The notes: generated by a model not told the origin, from the sequence alone. Shown: positions 14,085 through 28,324, counted from the stretch's first letter. The stretch is DNA of 64,000 nucleotides from Eledone cirrhosa (GCA_964016885.1 OZ024743.1:350300001-350364000); one strand, 5' to 3'. Program-made: numbers and translations.

Positions 14085-14454
14085 TGTGTGAGTACGCATG
14101 TGTCTATGTGTTTGTATAGTGGTTGTCTGTATATAGAGAGAGAGAGAAAGAGCGGGAGAAAAAAATAGGGCGAGAGAAATTAAAGGGTAAATAAATGTTA
14201 AATAATTCAGCTATATAAATATATCTCAAAACAATATTTAAGGGTTTGATTGAATTTTCAAATTTCAGCACATTGGATTAGACGAAATAGGGTAAGGAAA
14301 TATACATACCTCATATTTTTCAGAGAGTTATCCACGTAAAAACTATTTCTTTCTATGTTAAATTCAAATCGTCAGGCTGTTAAATTATAATTTTCATTTT
14401 TCAATTGCTTTTGTTTTATATTTTGAACATTTGCTTTAAATATAGAAATATATA

Positions 14455-14485
<31 letters not shown>

Positions 14486-14575
14486 GTGTATGTATTTAGA
14501 TATATATTTCGAAATAAGTGGAAAAGGTTACGAAAATGTATTTATTTAAGATAAATTCCTTTTCACAAACTATAG

Positions 14576-14639
14576 GTGTGCAGAGATAAAATACAGCTCG
14601 CTTCTGTACAGTCCGAATGAAATGAATAGAAAATACATC
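14576..14639 (+). CDS. Candidate internal host exon (W-CAEIKYSSLLYSPNEMNRKYI)
   Basis: TTCCTTTTCACAAACTATAG acceptor, GTGAGT donor, only one open frame (phase 2 to 0). Confidence 0.5.
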
Positions 14640-14988
14640 GTGAGTTGTCATAAATACCTGGACTCACGTATAAATTTACATCCGGCTTGAAGTATAATAT
14701 CCTTAGTAATTGTTTTCAACAATCGCTATTTCATTATTTTAAAGTAGAATATGCACAACGAAGCGTAAACTAAACGAAAAACTTTACTGTCCTTATATGT
14801 TAGATTAACAATACATTATTACTAATTGTGTAAATATCTTTAAATAGCTGTCAGCACAGATTTTTATATCAATATCTCTACCTGGCTCTGTCGCGCTTTT
14901 ATCTCCTGTCCCCCTTTGTGTATGCATATATATATTTATATGTGTGTTTGTATATATATATATTTATATGTGTGTGTGTGTGTGTTTT

Positions 14989-15099
<111 letters not shown>

Positions 15100-15104
15100 A
15101 TATA

Positions 15105-15203
<99 letters not shown>

Positions 15204-15633
15204 GTATATATATATATGTATATATATATGTGTGTGTGTGTGTATATTTATATGTATATTTATCAATAGGTGTAATATATATCTTATACATACAAACACA
15301 TATTTAAGGAATGTGGGTGGATACAACAGTATAGTGCCCAAAGGTGTCTCCCAGATCTAAATTGACAAAGGTCATAGGAAGGTAGTCCACATATGAAGCT
15401 GTGAATAGTGAAGCGTGACGAAATTCGACAAAGATAGGCCTATTCATTGCTTGCTAGATAAGTGAAAGTTAATGCCTCTATAGTATTAGTTCGGTCAACC
15501 CTCATTGAGGAAACCTACAGTGAAAGACATTCTAGACGTGACCATCCTACCATTATCTTTATGGGATTTCTATGATGACTATACTATCTACTGTCTTGTC
15601 TTTTATTTATGTTTATTTTTTATTCTAACAAAG

Positions 15634-15747
15634 TATTGTTCGGTTTGTGGTCAATATAAGTGGCCAATTCCACAAATTGCGAGTAGATCAATGATATGGC
15701 AGAAGACACATGAAAGACAAGATGAACAGCGGGGTTTGGGGGCTTAA
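15634..15747 (+). CDS. Candidate terminal host exon (YCSVCGQYKWPIPQIASRSMIWQKTHERQDEQRGLGA*)
   Basis: Long T-rich tract + AAG acceptor, phase 0, stop at 15747, AATAAA at ~15821. Confidence 0.4.
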   Translation, partial: YCSVCGQYKWPIPQIASRSMIWQKTHERQDEQRGLGA

Positions 15748-16148
15748 AAACAGAATCTTATGTTTAGATTAGATAGACTTAAATACAAAAATCAACACAT
15801 GTTAAAGCTATTTCCCCTTTAATAAAACGTTAAACTTGCGGTCCCCATGACAGTCTTCATATTCATCGTGAGGTTTTTTGTGAGAAATAATTTCTTCTTG
15901 ATGCCTTTTCTGGGAAAAGCCATTTTTAGTCGTGTCTTACAGCACGAAATTATGTTGTAAATACTCTAAATGAAATACACACACCAATTTAGATAAACGT
16001 AAATAATACGCATATTTCTATTAATATTTGGCGAAGAATAAACTATTTGGAAGTAAAGAAAAACATTGGAATGATTGGCAATTGAATGATAGGAAACATA
16101 GGGCTACCTAACTAGAGAAGATTCCGTTTTAGTTTCTACTTTCTAGAT

Positions 16149-16275
16149 CATCAGTCGCCAACCTTTCGGACTTCACGGACCACTAAATTCAAAATTTTAA
16201 AACCACTAATATGAATATTTTTAAAAAGATAAATACATTAAAATTTTCTGGCGGATCACTGGTTGATGACCTTTG
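16149..16275. mobile_element. hAT/Charlie-like MITE
   Basis: Degenerate TIRs (..GTCGCCAACC / GGTTGATGAC..TG) with an 8-bp TSD TTCTAGAT on both sides. Confidence 0.7.
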
Positions 16276-16759
16276 TTCTAGATATTTAGTTAATATTTGG
16301 TATGGTTAATTTATTTTTCATTATCTCTTTGACATATGTAATGAAGTACGAGCGAATAAATTTATTATTTAATCGAAGAAAGAACCTTTTTCTGGGCCTC
16401 TAACGCTATCTGGTAAAAGGTAGAAATCAGCCACATCTCAACCTTATCCCCAAACCAAAGTTTGCAGCAGAGTTGATTCAGTTAACTGTATCCAATGTTA
16501 AGGATATTAAAATAGCCGGCGGATAATGATACGAATACCTTTTCCAAAAAACCATATGCCCAAAGCACAGAGGCCCATCAGTCCGTTGTTTATACCGGTT
16601 TTCATTGGTGTTAAGCAGTTGATAGTGCAAGACACCATCCTGGACAGAACGAAAGTCCATCACAAAGTTAGCTCCCAGCAAATTCCAGTACTCATTTTCA
16701 GTTGAATGTACTAGAACAATGTGAAACGAAGCTTTTGTTTTGCTCAAAAACACGATGCC

Positions 16760-17160
16760 TAACCCGGGGAAAAGAAAGTCGATTACATCGACTCCAGTAA
16801 TTGAATTGTACTTCATTTTATGGACCCTGGAATGACGAAAGGCAAAGTTGACCTCGAAGGAATTTACACTAACTCAGATACTAGAATCTCGTAACTAAAT
16901 GCTTAAAGAATTTTTTCCGACCCTCTAACGATTCTGCAAAACCATCAATCATTAGAATGGTTTTTAAATGACAGCAATTTTATGGAAGTGGGAGAGATAA
17001 ATCGATTACAAGGACCCCAGTAATTGATTGGTAATTTATTGTATCGATACTCGAAGAATGAAAAGCAAATTGACATTGGTGAAATTTAAACACAGAACGT
17101 AAAGAACTGGAACAAACATTGGATTCTAACAGATCTAACAGTTCTGTCAATCTACTGCGA
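16760..17160 (-). mobile_element. Two older diverged SINE copies
   Basis: Reverse-complement SINE core (GAAAGGCAAAGTTGACCTCG; GAATGAAAAGCAAATTGAC). Confidence 0.7.
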
Positions 17161-17809
17161 TTTTTTTTTAACCTATTTATACATAAAATACAAAGTATGT
17201 AGACGGGATTTCAAGCATAGAAGGTTGGAGACTTTATACAATAATGAAACATGCTAAAAGAATTTGATGGGAAATAGATACACAGAATAAGGAGAGGAAT
17301 ACTCAAAAACAAAATATTTCAAAGTGCATATAATTTATAACACAAGAAAAACAACGAGGCTCGTCCACCCACACATGAATTAAGACCTATCTACTAGTTC
17401 GAGTTAGAACATTGCACAGTTAATTGTATTAGAAACGGATTAAGCCAAAAGCGCCCGCCTATATTTGGAGGATTTATTGAATCTTGAAGGGCTATATATT
17501 CCTTTGGAAACTGTTCGAAAACAGCATGCTTGTTCTTTGCCAAAATACTGTCCCAGAAGTGCTCCTAATATTGGCATCCCATCTCACATCCCATCAATTT
17601 ATTACTTTGTTTTATTATATTTCATCTCACACTTTTAATCGGGCTGTTCATAGTTATCTTGGACTACTGTATAAACATATATTACAAATATTCTATTTTT
17701 TTTACAAATGATTATTATTTCTTTATTTTGTAGAGTTGTATTCAAATCTCTCATGAGTGTCACTTTGAGAAGAATGGACAAGATGGTCGAATAATGGCAA
17801 GTGAGTAAG

Positions 17810-19620
17810 GGAAGTTACTATTTCATAGAAGCAGAAGTGATAGAAAGACGACATATGTAAACAGAAACATAGAACTGAGGAATGTGTCCCAACACGGAAG
17901 AGCCGAACTCTCTCTGTCATCGCCACCATCTCTCTCCCTCTCCCCATCACTCTGTAACGGGGTCCCACGTGCTACCGACCCACCTTCCCCGGTGGACAGA
18001 ATGGAGAAGGCGTTTCCCCGGAGGATGGTAAGGAAGATGCGCTGGAAGAGCCATTCCATCTCATGAGGCTCACACCTGCGGCTAGCCAGCTCAGCGCCTA
18101 TGGTGGTAAGTAGGGAGGTCTCCACTGCTAGGGGCATGACCGCAAACCTGTGGGAGAGTGACCGATGCTTGGAGAGTTTACCCTCCTCAGTCCGAAGTGC
18201 AACAGAACCTGGGTTAGTCGCAGACTGCACCAGATTGCGGCTGGAGAAAGCGTCGCTGCTAGAGGTATCCCAGACGAGGGTTCACGGAACGGGAAGATGG
18301 TCATACCGTCTGGCCTTTTGCCGTCCTCTTGGTCCAGCCCCATCGGCTCCGGATGACAGGGAAAGCCTGCAGCATCCAAGCCATGCTTTCTTGCCTCGTT
18401 GAGGGTGGCATGGCGTGGAAGGCGGCCGGCACTGGAGCGACAGGAAAACGGGTGGAGGCCGAAAGAGTCCACGGTGGATCCGCAGCGACATATGTGTGGC
18501 TCGCTTATCTGGAGGCCAAGCCTCAGGGAATACCCGATGCGCTGGCTATCGTTGTCCAGCTGCCTGCCAGTGGAGGAGGAGAGGGTAAGGCATGGAGCGA
18601 GGCAACACTGTGGGGTTGTGAGGCCGCGCGAAAATATGCAAGGCGAAGCTGGTCGAGCTGGCGCGCTAGCCTGTCTGAAGCTAGGTTGCACTGGATGGCA
18701 TTAGAAATACTCTGGGTGAAATTGACGTCAACAGAGGGAAAAGGAGAAGGGACGTCTACTGGGTTAAGTCCAAGCCGGTTCCACGTCTCGCAGGCGGCCT
18801 CACGTTCCTCGGTCACAGTGGTTTCCATTGTGTTTAGGAGAACCCTGTTGGCGAGGACGTGGCATGAGGTTATCGACGAAAGAAACGCCGGGAAAGCCGA
18901 CAAGATCGGTGATCGGAGGCCAAGGCCACCATATCTAACAGATAAGGTGGCCTGTTGCCATCCGATATCGTCAAACCTGACGTTGCATATCTCCTCAGCT
19001 GCCGCTCGGATACAAGTGTCGAAGTCAGCAAGGAGAGATCCTGTAGCACGGAGCGATGCAAAGGGTATAGAGGAGCTTCGGCATGGCGAAGCAGTTCCTC
19101 AACAGGAAGAGAGCTGGGTGGGTGTCAGTCATGCCCAGTCGGCTCAAGAGTTTCTTCAGTTGCTGGAGCCTGGACCTGATGTAGAGCAGATGGCCGGCGA
19201 GTGGATCGGTGACCCGAGAATGAGGACATCTTCTTTGGAGGTTACCTGTACCTGAAGGAGAATGGACCGCACGTCCGAGACTGAGGCTGAAAAGCTCTCA
19301 GCATTGTGGTTAATATTCACCAACTCCGACTTGGACGAGTCGACCTGGAGGCCGATTCCCGCCAGAGTAGGAACCACCGATTGTAGGTCGTGGCAGACAG
19401 CCTCTACGGACTCGCCCAACGTAGCATCATCCAGATACCAAACGTTGAGAGGGGCCCTGATACTCCGGTCAACGTGGTCTATGCCAAGAGCAAATAGGAG
19501 GAGGCCCAAAGGGTCACCCTGTTGGACCCGAGTGGCTGAAGGCATGACCGTACCAGCAACAAGAAGCATGTTCGGGGCTCCATATGATGGGTAGGCCAGT
19601 AGGTAGGCAGAGTTCACCAA
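17810..19620 (-). mobile_element. 5'-truncated CRE-clade (RLE) non-LTR retrotransposon
   Basis: VQQGDPLG, WYLDD, GGLG, CRCG..D..GLH..SC..RH, RPDG motifs across frameshifts. Confidence 0.85.
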
Positions 19621-20708
19621 TGATAAGGTGAGATGACAGCAAAAGCAATACTCGAGCCAATGACGCTTTGACTCAACCTGTTAGCAAAAGTAACTAAATC
19701 TCCCTCAAACCACACCCTATCGGAAAGATGATGTAGTACTTAATACACTATGGTTGATAAAGTGATGCGATAGACGATGATAGATCGTGTTTGACCACAG
19801 CTCCAAAAGTTAATGTCTGGTTTCGTTAAAACAACGATACCAATAACACTTTTTACGCTAACTAAACTTCCTGTAGGAAAATCCGAAAGGGAATTAGTGG
19901 GAACTATTGCCAGGGATGTAGAATCCGTCTTCGGCTGAATTTTAATATATTCACTCGAATCTACCTCTAATCTCACACTACCGTCTTATAATAAGGAATT
20001 GGCATGAACCATATTTTTTGCTGTTAATCTTGTTTTATCCATAGATAAAAAAAGGGACAGGTTAGTCACGGTTTGAGCGCCTTCGAACATAGATATATTG
20101 ATAATATAGCTAGAGCTAACAAGAACACCAACAAAAATATTTAGTTACGATTCAGTTGTGAATGCAAATCCTATTAGACTAGATTCAACTTTTTCTCTCT
20201 CCGTAGAGGTAAGGGCTAGCCATATACCATGTTCAATGTATTCAACATCACTCGTCATTTTTCTATAGTAAAAATAATTATAGTTGAATTTTTTTAATTT
20301 TTGTTGCTTAATCTACATCTACCACACGCTTCAACCGACTCAAACATTATTAGATATAAATATATATAGATATTGTTAATAAACTGGAATCTCTCTCTTT
20401 CTCCCCCACCCCGTCTCTCTTCCTCACATATATATATATATTCGTGTGTGTATGTATGTATGTATGTATGTATGCATGTATATATATATATATATATATA
20501 AAACCTGCGGCTCAGTAGTTACCGATGATGTTCATCTTTTCTTCTTTTCGTGTTATAGCTACTGTCGCTCAGAGAGTGGGATTGGCTCAGTGCACAGTCT
20601 TTCCTCACTTTAAAAAAATATCTTCACGCACAGGCGCACGATAGAATTAATTAATAATTATTAATAATGGTATATCGTGCAATGGCCATACACGATAACG
20701 AGAGGGCA

Positions 20709-20746
<38 letters not shown>

Positions 20747-21112
20747 GTTTACATATACATAAAGTTATAGATATATATATGTTGCAACCGGTCACTTTTA
20801 AGCTCTATGAAGAATTAATAAATTAAATATCATAAATCATGTCCTTAGAATTATTAGATAAAATATATACTATTTCCTCTTCTAATTAGCATAATTAACC
20901 ATATAAAAAATCAATTAGACCAAGCTATAAGAAGAAAGGCTCTTATGAAGAAATCTCCGACAAATAACCGAAAGTGGCCTCTTCGCGGTGGCCCCAATAG
21001 AGTATTTATCCAGCATTTCGACAGCATGTAGAAACTGACTAAATATATCATCAACCATACACAATTAGGTGTAAAATTAAACTTAGAAGAAATGTGTACA
21101 TACCGTAATTAT

Positions 21113-21189
21113 ATCTCTACCATGGTTTCATCCGTATTTTTAGACATCCAAATAATAGGAATGTCTTGAGTTAGGATTCATCAGGAGAC
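21113..21189 (-). ncRNA. Canonical type I hammerhead ribozyme
   Basis: GTCTC-CTGATGA-ATCC..GGAT-GAAA-CCATGG-TA-GAGAT. Confidence 0.85.
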
Positions 21190-22020
21190 AAACTCAAAAT
21201 CAGACATCTAGTTTTCCAACCCGATCGCGCCAAAATTAGATTCAAAAATGGCTAAGAATCGATATGTGGCTGAGGTCAAGCTAGAAAGAATGTGATTGGT
21301 TGCTTACGGCGGGTAGGCTTGCTGCTAGAAAGCGCAGCCAAATATCGCCAAATTGAATCTCAACCTAACGGGAGATTATTAAATATAAGGGTTTACATAT
21401 ACATAAAGTTATAGATATTTATATGTTGCAACCGGTCACTTTTAAGCTCTATGAAGAATTAATAAATTAAATAATCAGAGCAATATATCATAAATCATGT
21501 CCTTAGAATTATTAGATAAAATATATACTATTTCCTCTTCTAATTAACATAATTAACCATATGAAAAATCAATTAGACCAAGCTATAAGAAGAAAGGCTC
21601 TTATGAAGAAATCTCCGACAAATAACCGAAAGTGGCCTCTTCGCGGTGGCCCCAATAGAGTATTTATCCAGCATTTCGACAGTATATATTTTATCTAATA
21701 TTTCCAAGGACATGATTTATGATATATTGCTCTGATTATTTAATTTATTAATTCTTCATAGAGCTTAAAAGTGACGGGTTGCAACATATATATATCTATA
21801 ACTTTATGTATATGTAAACCCTTATATTTAATAATCTCCCGTTAGGTTGAGATTCAATTTGGCGATATTTGGCTGCGCTTTCTAGCAGCAAGCCCACCCG
21901 CCGTAAGCAACCAATCACATTCTTTCTAGCTTGACCACAGCCACATATCGATTCTTAGCCATTTTTGAATCTAATTTTGGCGCGATCGGGTTGGAAAACT
22001 AGATGTCTGATTTTGAGTTT

Positions 22021-22097
22021 GTCTCCTGATGAATCCTAACTCAAGACATTCCTATTATTTGGATGTCTAAAAATACGGATGAAACCATGGTAGAGAT
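22021..22097 (+). ncRNA. Canonical type I hammerhead ribozyme (inverted-arm copy)
   Basis: Same motif read directly on + strand. Confidence 0.85.
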
Positions 22098-22377
22098 ATA
22101 ATTACGGTATGTACACATTTCTTCTAAGTTTAATTTTACACCTAATTGTGTATGGTTGATGATATATTTAGTCAGTTTCTACATGCTGTCGAAATGCTGG
22201 ATAAATACTCTATTGGGGCCACTGCGAAGAGGCCACTTTCGGTTATTTGTCGGAGATTTCTTCATAAGAGCCTTTCTTCTTATAGCTTGGTCTAATTGAT
22301 TTTTTATATGGTTAATTATGCTAATTAGGAGAGGAAATAGTATATATTTTATCTAATAATTCTAAGGACATGATTTA

Positions 22378-22421
<44 letters not shown>

Positions 22422-22989
22422 GTATATATATATGTATATATACATATATATAACGTTCCTTAAATCGACCCTCCGCCATGCCCACATCGGCGGAGGGCCG
22501 ATTTAAGGAACGTTTCCTGAACCATCAGTCGACCTGAACCATCAGTCGACCTTTAGGTACCCGGACAGACGTTCATTCACGAAACTCGCGAGCCACGTAT
22601 GGTCCCTCAATGACTCAAGTATAGACTACTCTATTCAATGGAAAGCCATCATTAAGTCCAAGCTCTACGCAAGGGGAAATCTACCGTGTGGACTGTGTAT
22701 TGGAGAACGAATAAATATTCTAAAGAGATTATGCAATAGTGATTGCCTAAACACGAGAAATGAATTTTTCACACGTTGTCCACGTCTCGAAATACCTATT
22801 GCATAACTACAAAGCTCCGGATTAAATGAATTATTGTAACAACATCAATATTTTTTCTTATCAACTAAAACCTTTTCGAACTTTCGCAGTTATCTCCCTT
22901 ACTCCTCTCGCACTCATTTTAGTATTGCCTGTGTGACGTGATGGGTTTCTGAGCATGCGCGTTCGTACGGTTGTCCTTCCTGTTCCATT

Positions 22990-23031
22990 ACAAGCTGAGG
23001 ACCCGCTAAGGTGAAACAATTGTTCTCGGTA
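22990..23031 (+). ncRNA. Minimal hammerhead motif
   Basis: CAAG-CTGAGGA-CCCGCTAAGGT-GAAA-CAATTG-TT-CTCG; palindromic helix III; helix I and II imperfect. Confidence 0.6.
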
Positions 23032-23123
23032 TGGTGAACTAACTGTTGTGTAACCACTTCTACCTAACTCGTCCCATGGACTGTGTACTCTACCACTACG
23101 GATATTACCTTCCAGTGTTCTAC

Positions 23124-23246
<123 letters not shown>

Positions 23247-23413
23247 CAATATCGGAGAAAGCTTTTTAGCGATACTCCGGCCAAATTCCAACTCACTCAA
23301 CAAACATTAGGAAATATGTGATTATATTCCCAATTATGCGTTCGGGGTGCTAACTAAAAGTATTGGAAAATTGGCTGTATTATTTCATATGAGACATACC
23401 TAATATATCTCTT

Positions 23414-23540
23414 TCCAGACGGACGTCTCGTTTCATTATAGGATTCCTACAATTTGGGTGAAATTATACCAATTTATGTAGGAGCTTGTATACCATCAAT
23501 AGATATATATTCAAGTGGGCTCCTATAATTCATCAGTGGG
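23414..23540 (-). ncRNA. Type I hammerhead with long loop-2 insertion
   Basis: CCA-CTGATGA-ATTATAGGA..TCCTATAAT-GAAA-CGAGACGTCCG-TC-TGG. Confidence 0.75.
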
Positions 23541-23808
23541 TGCCCCAATAATACTAATATTGATAATCTAACCAACATCAGCATTTAGCGATAATCATCA
23601 TCCTCTGTGCCTGAGGTATCTGTCAGGTTGCCAGTCCAGCAGTTTTAAAGAAGTGCTCAAACTGATTCAAAGAATGAGGAAGTAAATTACCGCCAAAAAA
23701 ACAATACATGCGCATGACAATGAATTCTGAAAGGAATTCAGGCCACGTGCTAAGAACTCAATTGGAAATTGAAAAAATATCTGTGTGTGTACAACATTTG
23801 ATGACACA

Positions 23809-23875
<67 letters not shown>

Positions 23876-24139
23876 AGAAACAGGGGCTATGAAGTTACTG
23901 GATAAGGTGTACTTATAAATAAGAGAAAATTGTCCTTCATCAGTTGTCTGCTGGGGATCATGGATATTGCTACGCATTAAATATATATATATATATATAT
24001 TATTTACGTATCGAGAAAGAGAAAAAAAGGGGGGGATAGGTGATACATATAGTTATTTGCCAAGTAGCGTATGCCAAAGGTGCTCGATACTAGTGCCGGC
24101 AGTATTAAATATTCGAAGTGTTAATATTTAGTGGGCTAG

Positions 24140-25211
24140 AGAGTTAGCAGATTCAAGTTTAAGCAAAGAATCGCTGCTTTGACCCTTAACGGGATCTTCT
24201 GAAACTAATATATTACCTGTATGTTTTGTGAAGGTACGTATACTTTCTCGTACGTATATTTGATTGTATATGTTATGGCGTATAATTTTATATATTCTGG
24301 TACATATGGTCTGGTTATGTGTATACGGGAGTTGTGTGTCTGTGTGAGTATGCAGGTTCGTACGTATGTAGGGTGTGTGTATATGTGTACTTCATGTTTT
24401 GGTTGACTTACGTCTCCGAACATTTGTGTATTTACATTAGGTATGTGTGTGCGCTTGTTATATACGTATTTATTTATTTATATACGTTTATTTAATTATT
24501 TATTTATTTGTATACACGCACACGCACACACATATTTATATGTGCGTGGTTTTGTATACCTATGGTAAGTGTTTTCGCGTATGCTTGTGTATGTACGTAT
24601 TTGTATGCGTTTATGTATTTATTTAATTTCTATTACCTCTGTATTGTATTTACTTTATTCTTAACTCTGAAGCGGAGATTCATTCGGTCTCCTAGTTAGA
24701 ATTTTAGTCTACGACTTCTGCTATACCATTTACGTGGTTTTGTCTTTGCGTGCAATTGTTCTCCACGCTCCACATATGACGTATTATCTTCGTTTTTTTC
24801 GTTCATTGCCAGAGAACGTCTCTATGAACCACCTAAGAGAACATTAGTCTGCGACCTTTTTTATACCATAAAAGTGGTTCTGTTTTTTGCGCGTAATTGT
24901 TTTTCACCGCTACAATTAATGACGTATTATATTCGTTTTTTCCCGTTCTTTGCCAGGGAACGTTTCCACGAACCAAAGTATCGTCTTCCTGTCTTCCTCC
25001 GGTTGCAACGTTTTTTGAAATATCCACTTCTGCATTTACAAATTGACTTTGTTAGTTTCAGAAGATCCCGTTAAGGGTGAAAGCAGCAATTCTTTGCTTA
25101 AACTTTAATCTGTTATTTTAATAAATATTTGCTCTACGGTTCTTATATATTTGATATATATTTATCCTTATCGAGCCCTATTTGAATTTTAGTCTTCAAA
25201 TTTATTATTAT

Positions 25212-25215
<4 letters not shown>
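24140..25215 (-). mobile_element. Non-coding relative of the PLE at 32-33.5 kb with an inverted terminal segment
   Basis: ~24885-25215 matches ~33210-33543; 24150-24207 is an inverted copy of ~25053-25110. Confidence 0.7.
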
Positions 25216-25292
<77 letters not shown>

Positions 25293-25559
25293 TAATGTAA
25301 GCTAAGATGCTTCCATAGCCGGTATGCCGGTTGAGCACTCTATGCTCCTACAGCGGAGCAGAGTATTATCGAATGGAAAACGAAAAATCAGTGATGCATC
25401 GGAACTCAATTTATTGTGTTACAATTGTTTCCCCGGCGAGCAGTTCGAGGTGCGATCCGTGTGTAGATCTACCTGACTCTAGACTCGCAGGTTCCTCGGG
25501 CACGTACATTTTGATTTAAGAGAATATCCTCTTTCTGGGGTCTCTGGCCCTACAAGCCT

Positions 25560-26790
25560 ATATCGTCCAACTTCATCCGCTTTGCGCATCCTTGGGTTGG
25601 TCACTGGTTAGTGATGTCATCATTATTCTGACCACTGGTAGCAGCTCGCTGACCGTCAGGGCGTGAACGCCCGTCTATATAACTGAAACGGATCCGAAAA
25701 CAACTGCCTTGAGGACCACTGACAGTTATGGATGGTAGACCCTATCGAAAGCTTTCGATTGATCTAAGTAGATCAGGGCCCCACCCTTACTTGTTCTCTC
25801 TTTGATGTAACGCATAATGTGCAGAATGTCTGCGCGTCCCCTACCAGCGTTGACAAGCACCTCGCTCGTCGCTAACAATTTGGCCAAAACTTTGAAAAAA
25901 CTGGACCTGAAATTATCGATATGAACTTCGTTGTCTTGATCTCTTTTCAATTGCACTATTGCTCATCAGCTAACAACTGGAAATTCTTCCGTCCTGCTTC
26001 GCGTTGGAGTATACATCTAACAAAATGTCACCAAACACATATAGCAATGGGGCGCAAAAATGGTAGGGCGGACTATACACACAGGCAATTTGTCCCTCGT
26101 GCAGCAACTCTTCGCCTCCCGCATTTCTGAAGCTGTTATCAGCTTTACGAAACACTCCGCCTCCGGCGCCGAGAGCCATGCCAAGCTGTCGAGTCCATCA
26201 TGCGATCTGGTCTGCCACTGCCCCAAAGATTTGTGTGGTGTATCACTGAAAAATATGTGAAAATCGGTTTCGGATCGAATGACATGCGCGCGTCAAGATC
26301 CGCCCAAAACAGGATTTTGGCTATTTAAACATACCTCCGCTCCTTGGACCCATCGATGGCTTTCGTCCCCTCGTGTATTGGAGCACGTGTTTTCCTTCTA
26401 ACAACGCAAACTTCTCTGTAATCTTAGCGCTCCGTAAATGACGCGTTCAGCTTCCACTAATCTGAATCCTGCCTATAAAGCCTATCCAAGTCAACCTTAC
26501 AGATCACAAATTTATGATCTGTGTAGTCGACTACTTTCAATTGTGGATAGCCTATACTAGCGTTATCTACTTGCCTACAGAATACCCTATCTAGATATGA
26601 TCTACAGGATCTGATGCGTTTTGTTCATGTCCACATTGGCACATTCGATAAATCCAGATAAGTGGATATATTTGAGCAGGTTTGCGAGATTTTACATCTT
26701 CCTCTTCTAACTACTAGCCCTACACAGTCCCAGCGTGCGTTAAAGAAACCGTTCCACCCACTGACTAATACAAGAAGCTCTTAGAAGTGG
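25560..26790 (-). mobile_element. Old degenerate L1/Tx1 fragment
   Basis: GGALIYLDQSKAFDRV and APE-like SRSYLDR..TDHKF remnants. Confidence 0.75.
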
Positions 26791-27317
26791 TTTAAGTTTT
26801 ACAAAATACCTTACACACTTGGTAACACACATACAATTCTATTCTAGGCTGACCCTACAACCTTCAATAGGTGTATGAGAGAAGAAAGAATTTCCCCCAA
26901 ATTTCCCTGTGAGAATTATCTCCCGTTGTTTTTAAGGGCGAATCGTCTACCATATACGAACTTTTCCGTATTGTAGCGAACTCCTTTAAGGTCTTTTAAA
27001 AATAACTTACAATTTAAATCACGAGCATATTACACATACATGCGATTGTCGCGCTCATATTATATATACGCTCGATTGAAAGCATGTACTTCTGTAGCAT
27101 TATAATTTAGGTTTTGTTTTGAGGGTTATCCCTTTGTCATTGAGGAGAACTCTCCAGAGATAGGACAATATTTCGTGCGCTACCGGTTTTCCTTTATATA
27201 TTGTTCTTGCGCCCGACGACTGAAGCCAGTTTTGGGACGACTTCTCCATTATACAGTGGTGGTCATAATTGAACCTTGAAACCGAAGGTCACGCATAGAT
27301 GTTAAATGTATGAAATT

Positions 27318-27416
<99 letters not shown>

Positions 27417-27918
27417 GAACATAGAGAAATTAATGCAAGCAATATGCCAACAATAATTCAGACATATAAGTGACTATACCATCAAGATGAAAAAATGTTT
27501 AATGTAAGATATGGGAAAAGTAATACAATCTTAATTTAAAACAAATCAAGAATAGAAACTTTATCCTCACACTTTGTGTAAGTTGGGGAAAAAAAAGTAC
27601 AATCTTAACTCAAAATAAAATCAAGAAATATTTAACCGTCAATTTGGGGAAAACTACAAATGCACTATATAGTCTTAAAAGACTATTTCACGAAACTTTT
27701 CAGTGGGGTTAGTCACGGTTGGTCATCGATCTTCAGTAGTGCTCAAGACATTAACTAGATCACCACTGCTAAAATGCCGGAGGGGAATTAAAAGCAGGCA
27801 AGCGACAGCGTGTAAAATAGAAATAACAAAACATAAGTGGACGCACGCTAGTGATGGCGGGATGAGACGAAGGGCTGTTTACAAGAAACACCAGTCAAAA
27901 CATATATATATATATATA

Positions 27919-27950
<32 letters not shown>

Positions 27951-28288
27951 TAATAATACTTTTAATATTTGTTTGCAAGCAAACAGCCTCATTAACAGCA
28001 TGTTATGACCATGTCATCCTTTTGTTCCAGCGGTAGCTTTGAGAAAACAGTCGACAATTGTTTCGGAGTTGTTAACTCCATATCGAGACTGTGTATCCTC
28101 GTTGTTGCCACCTGCTGGAACTGCTGCGAATACGTAGTATTCTCAAGTGTATAAATCGGCTGATTAGCCTAATTTGCATATCGAGCGAATTTATGACCGG
28201 CTTTGCCGAAAATTAAAACCAGAATTAATAATATTTTGTTTTTTAAATATATATATATATACGTGTGTTTGTGAGCGCCCGCGCCCGC

Positions 28289-28323
<35 letters not shown>

Positions 28324-28324
28324 A

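Larger units (their letters stand above)
20741..22381. mobile_element. ~650-bp non-coding unit: ~1.5 direct copies plus a ~700-bp inverted copy, carrying an HHR
   Basis: Unit restarts at 20741 and 21385; ~21682-22381 is the reverse complement of ~20830-21528; (TA)n at both ends. Confidence 0.9.

Noticed and set aside
18329-19255. 308-aa + strand ORF
   Set aside because: Antisense shadow of the GC-rich CRE-like ORF
19740-19976. 78-aa - strand ORF
   Set aside because: No recognisable motif or splice support
23935-23950. CTGATGA-AGG on - strand
   Set aside because: No GAAA or helix III downstream
27100-27250. Short CpG-containing ORF on - strand
   Set aside because: LWRVLLNDKGITLKTK resembles LINE post-RT sequence rather than a host gene
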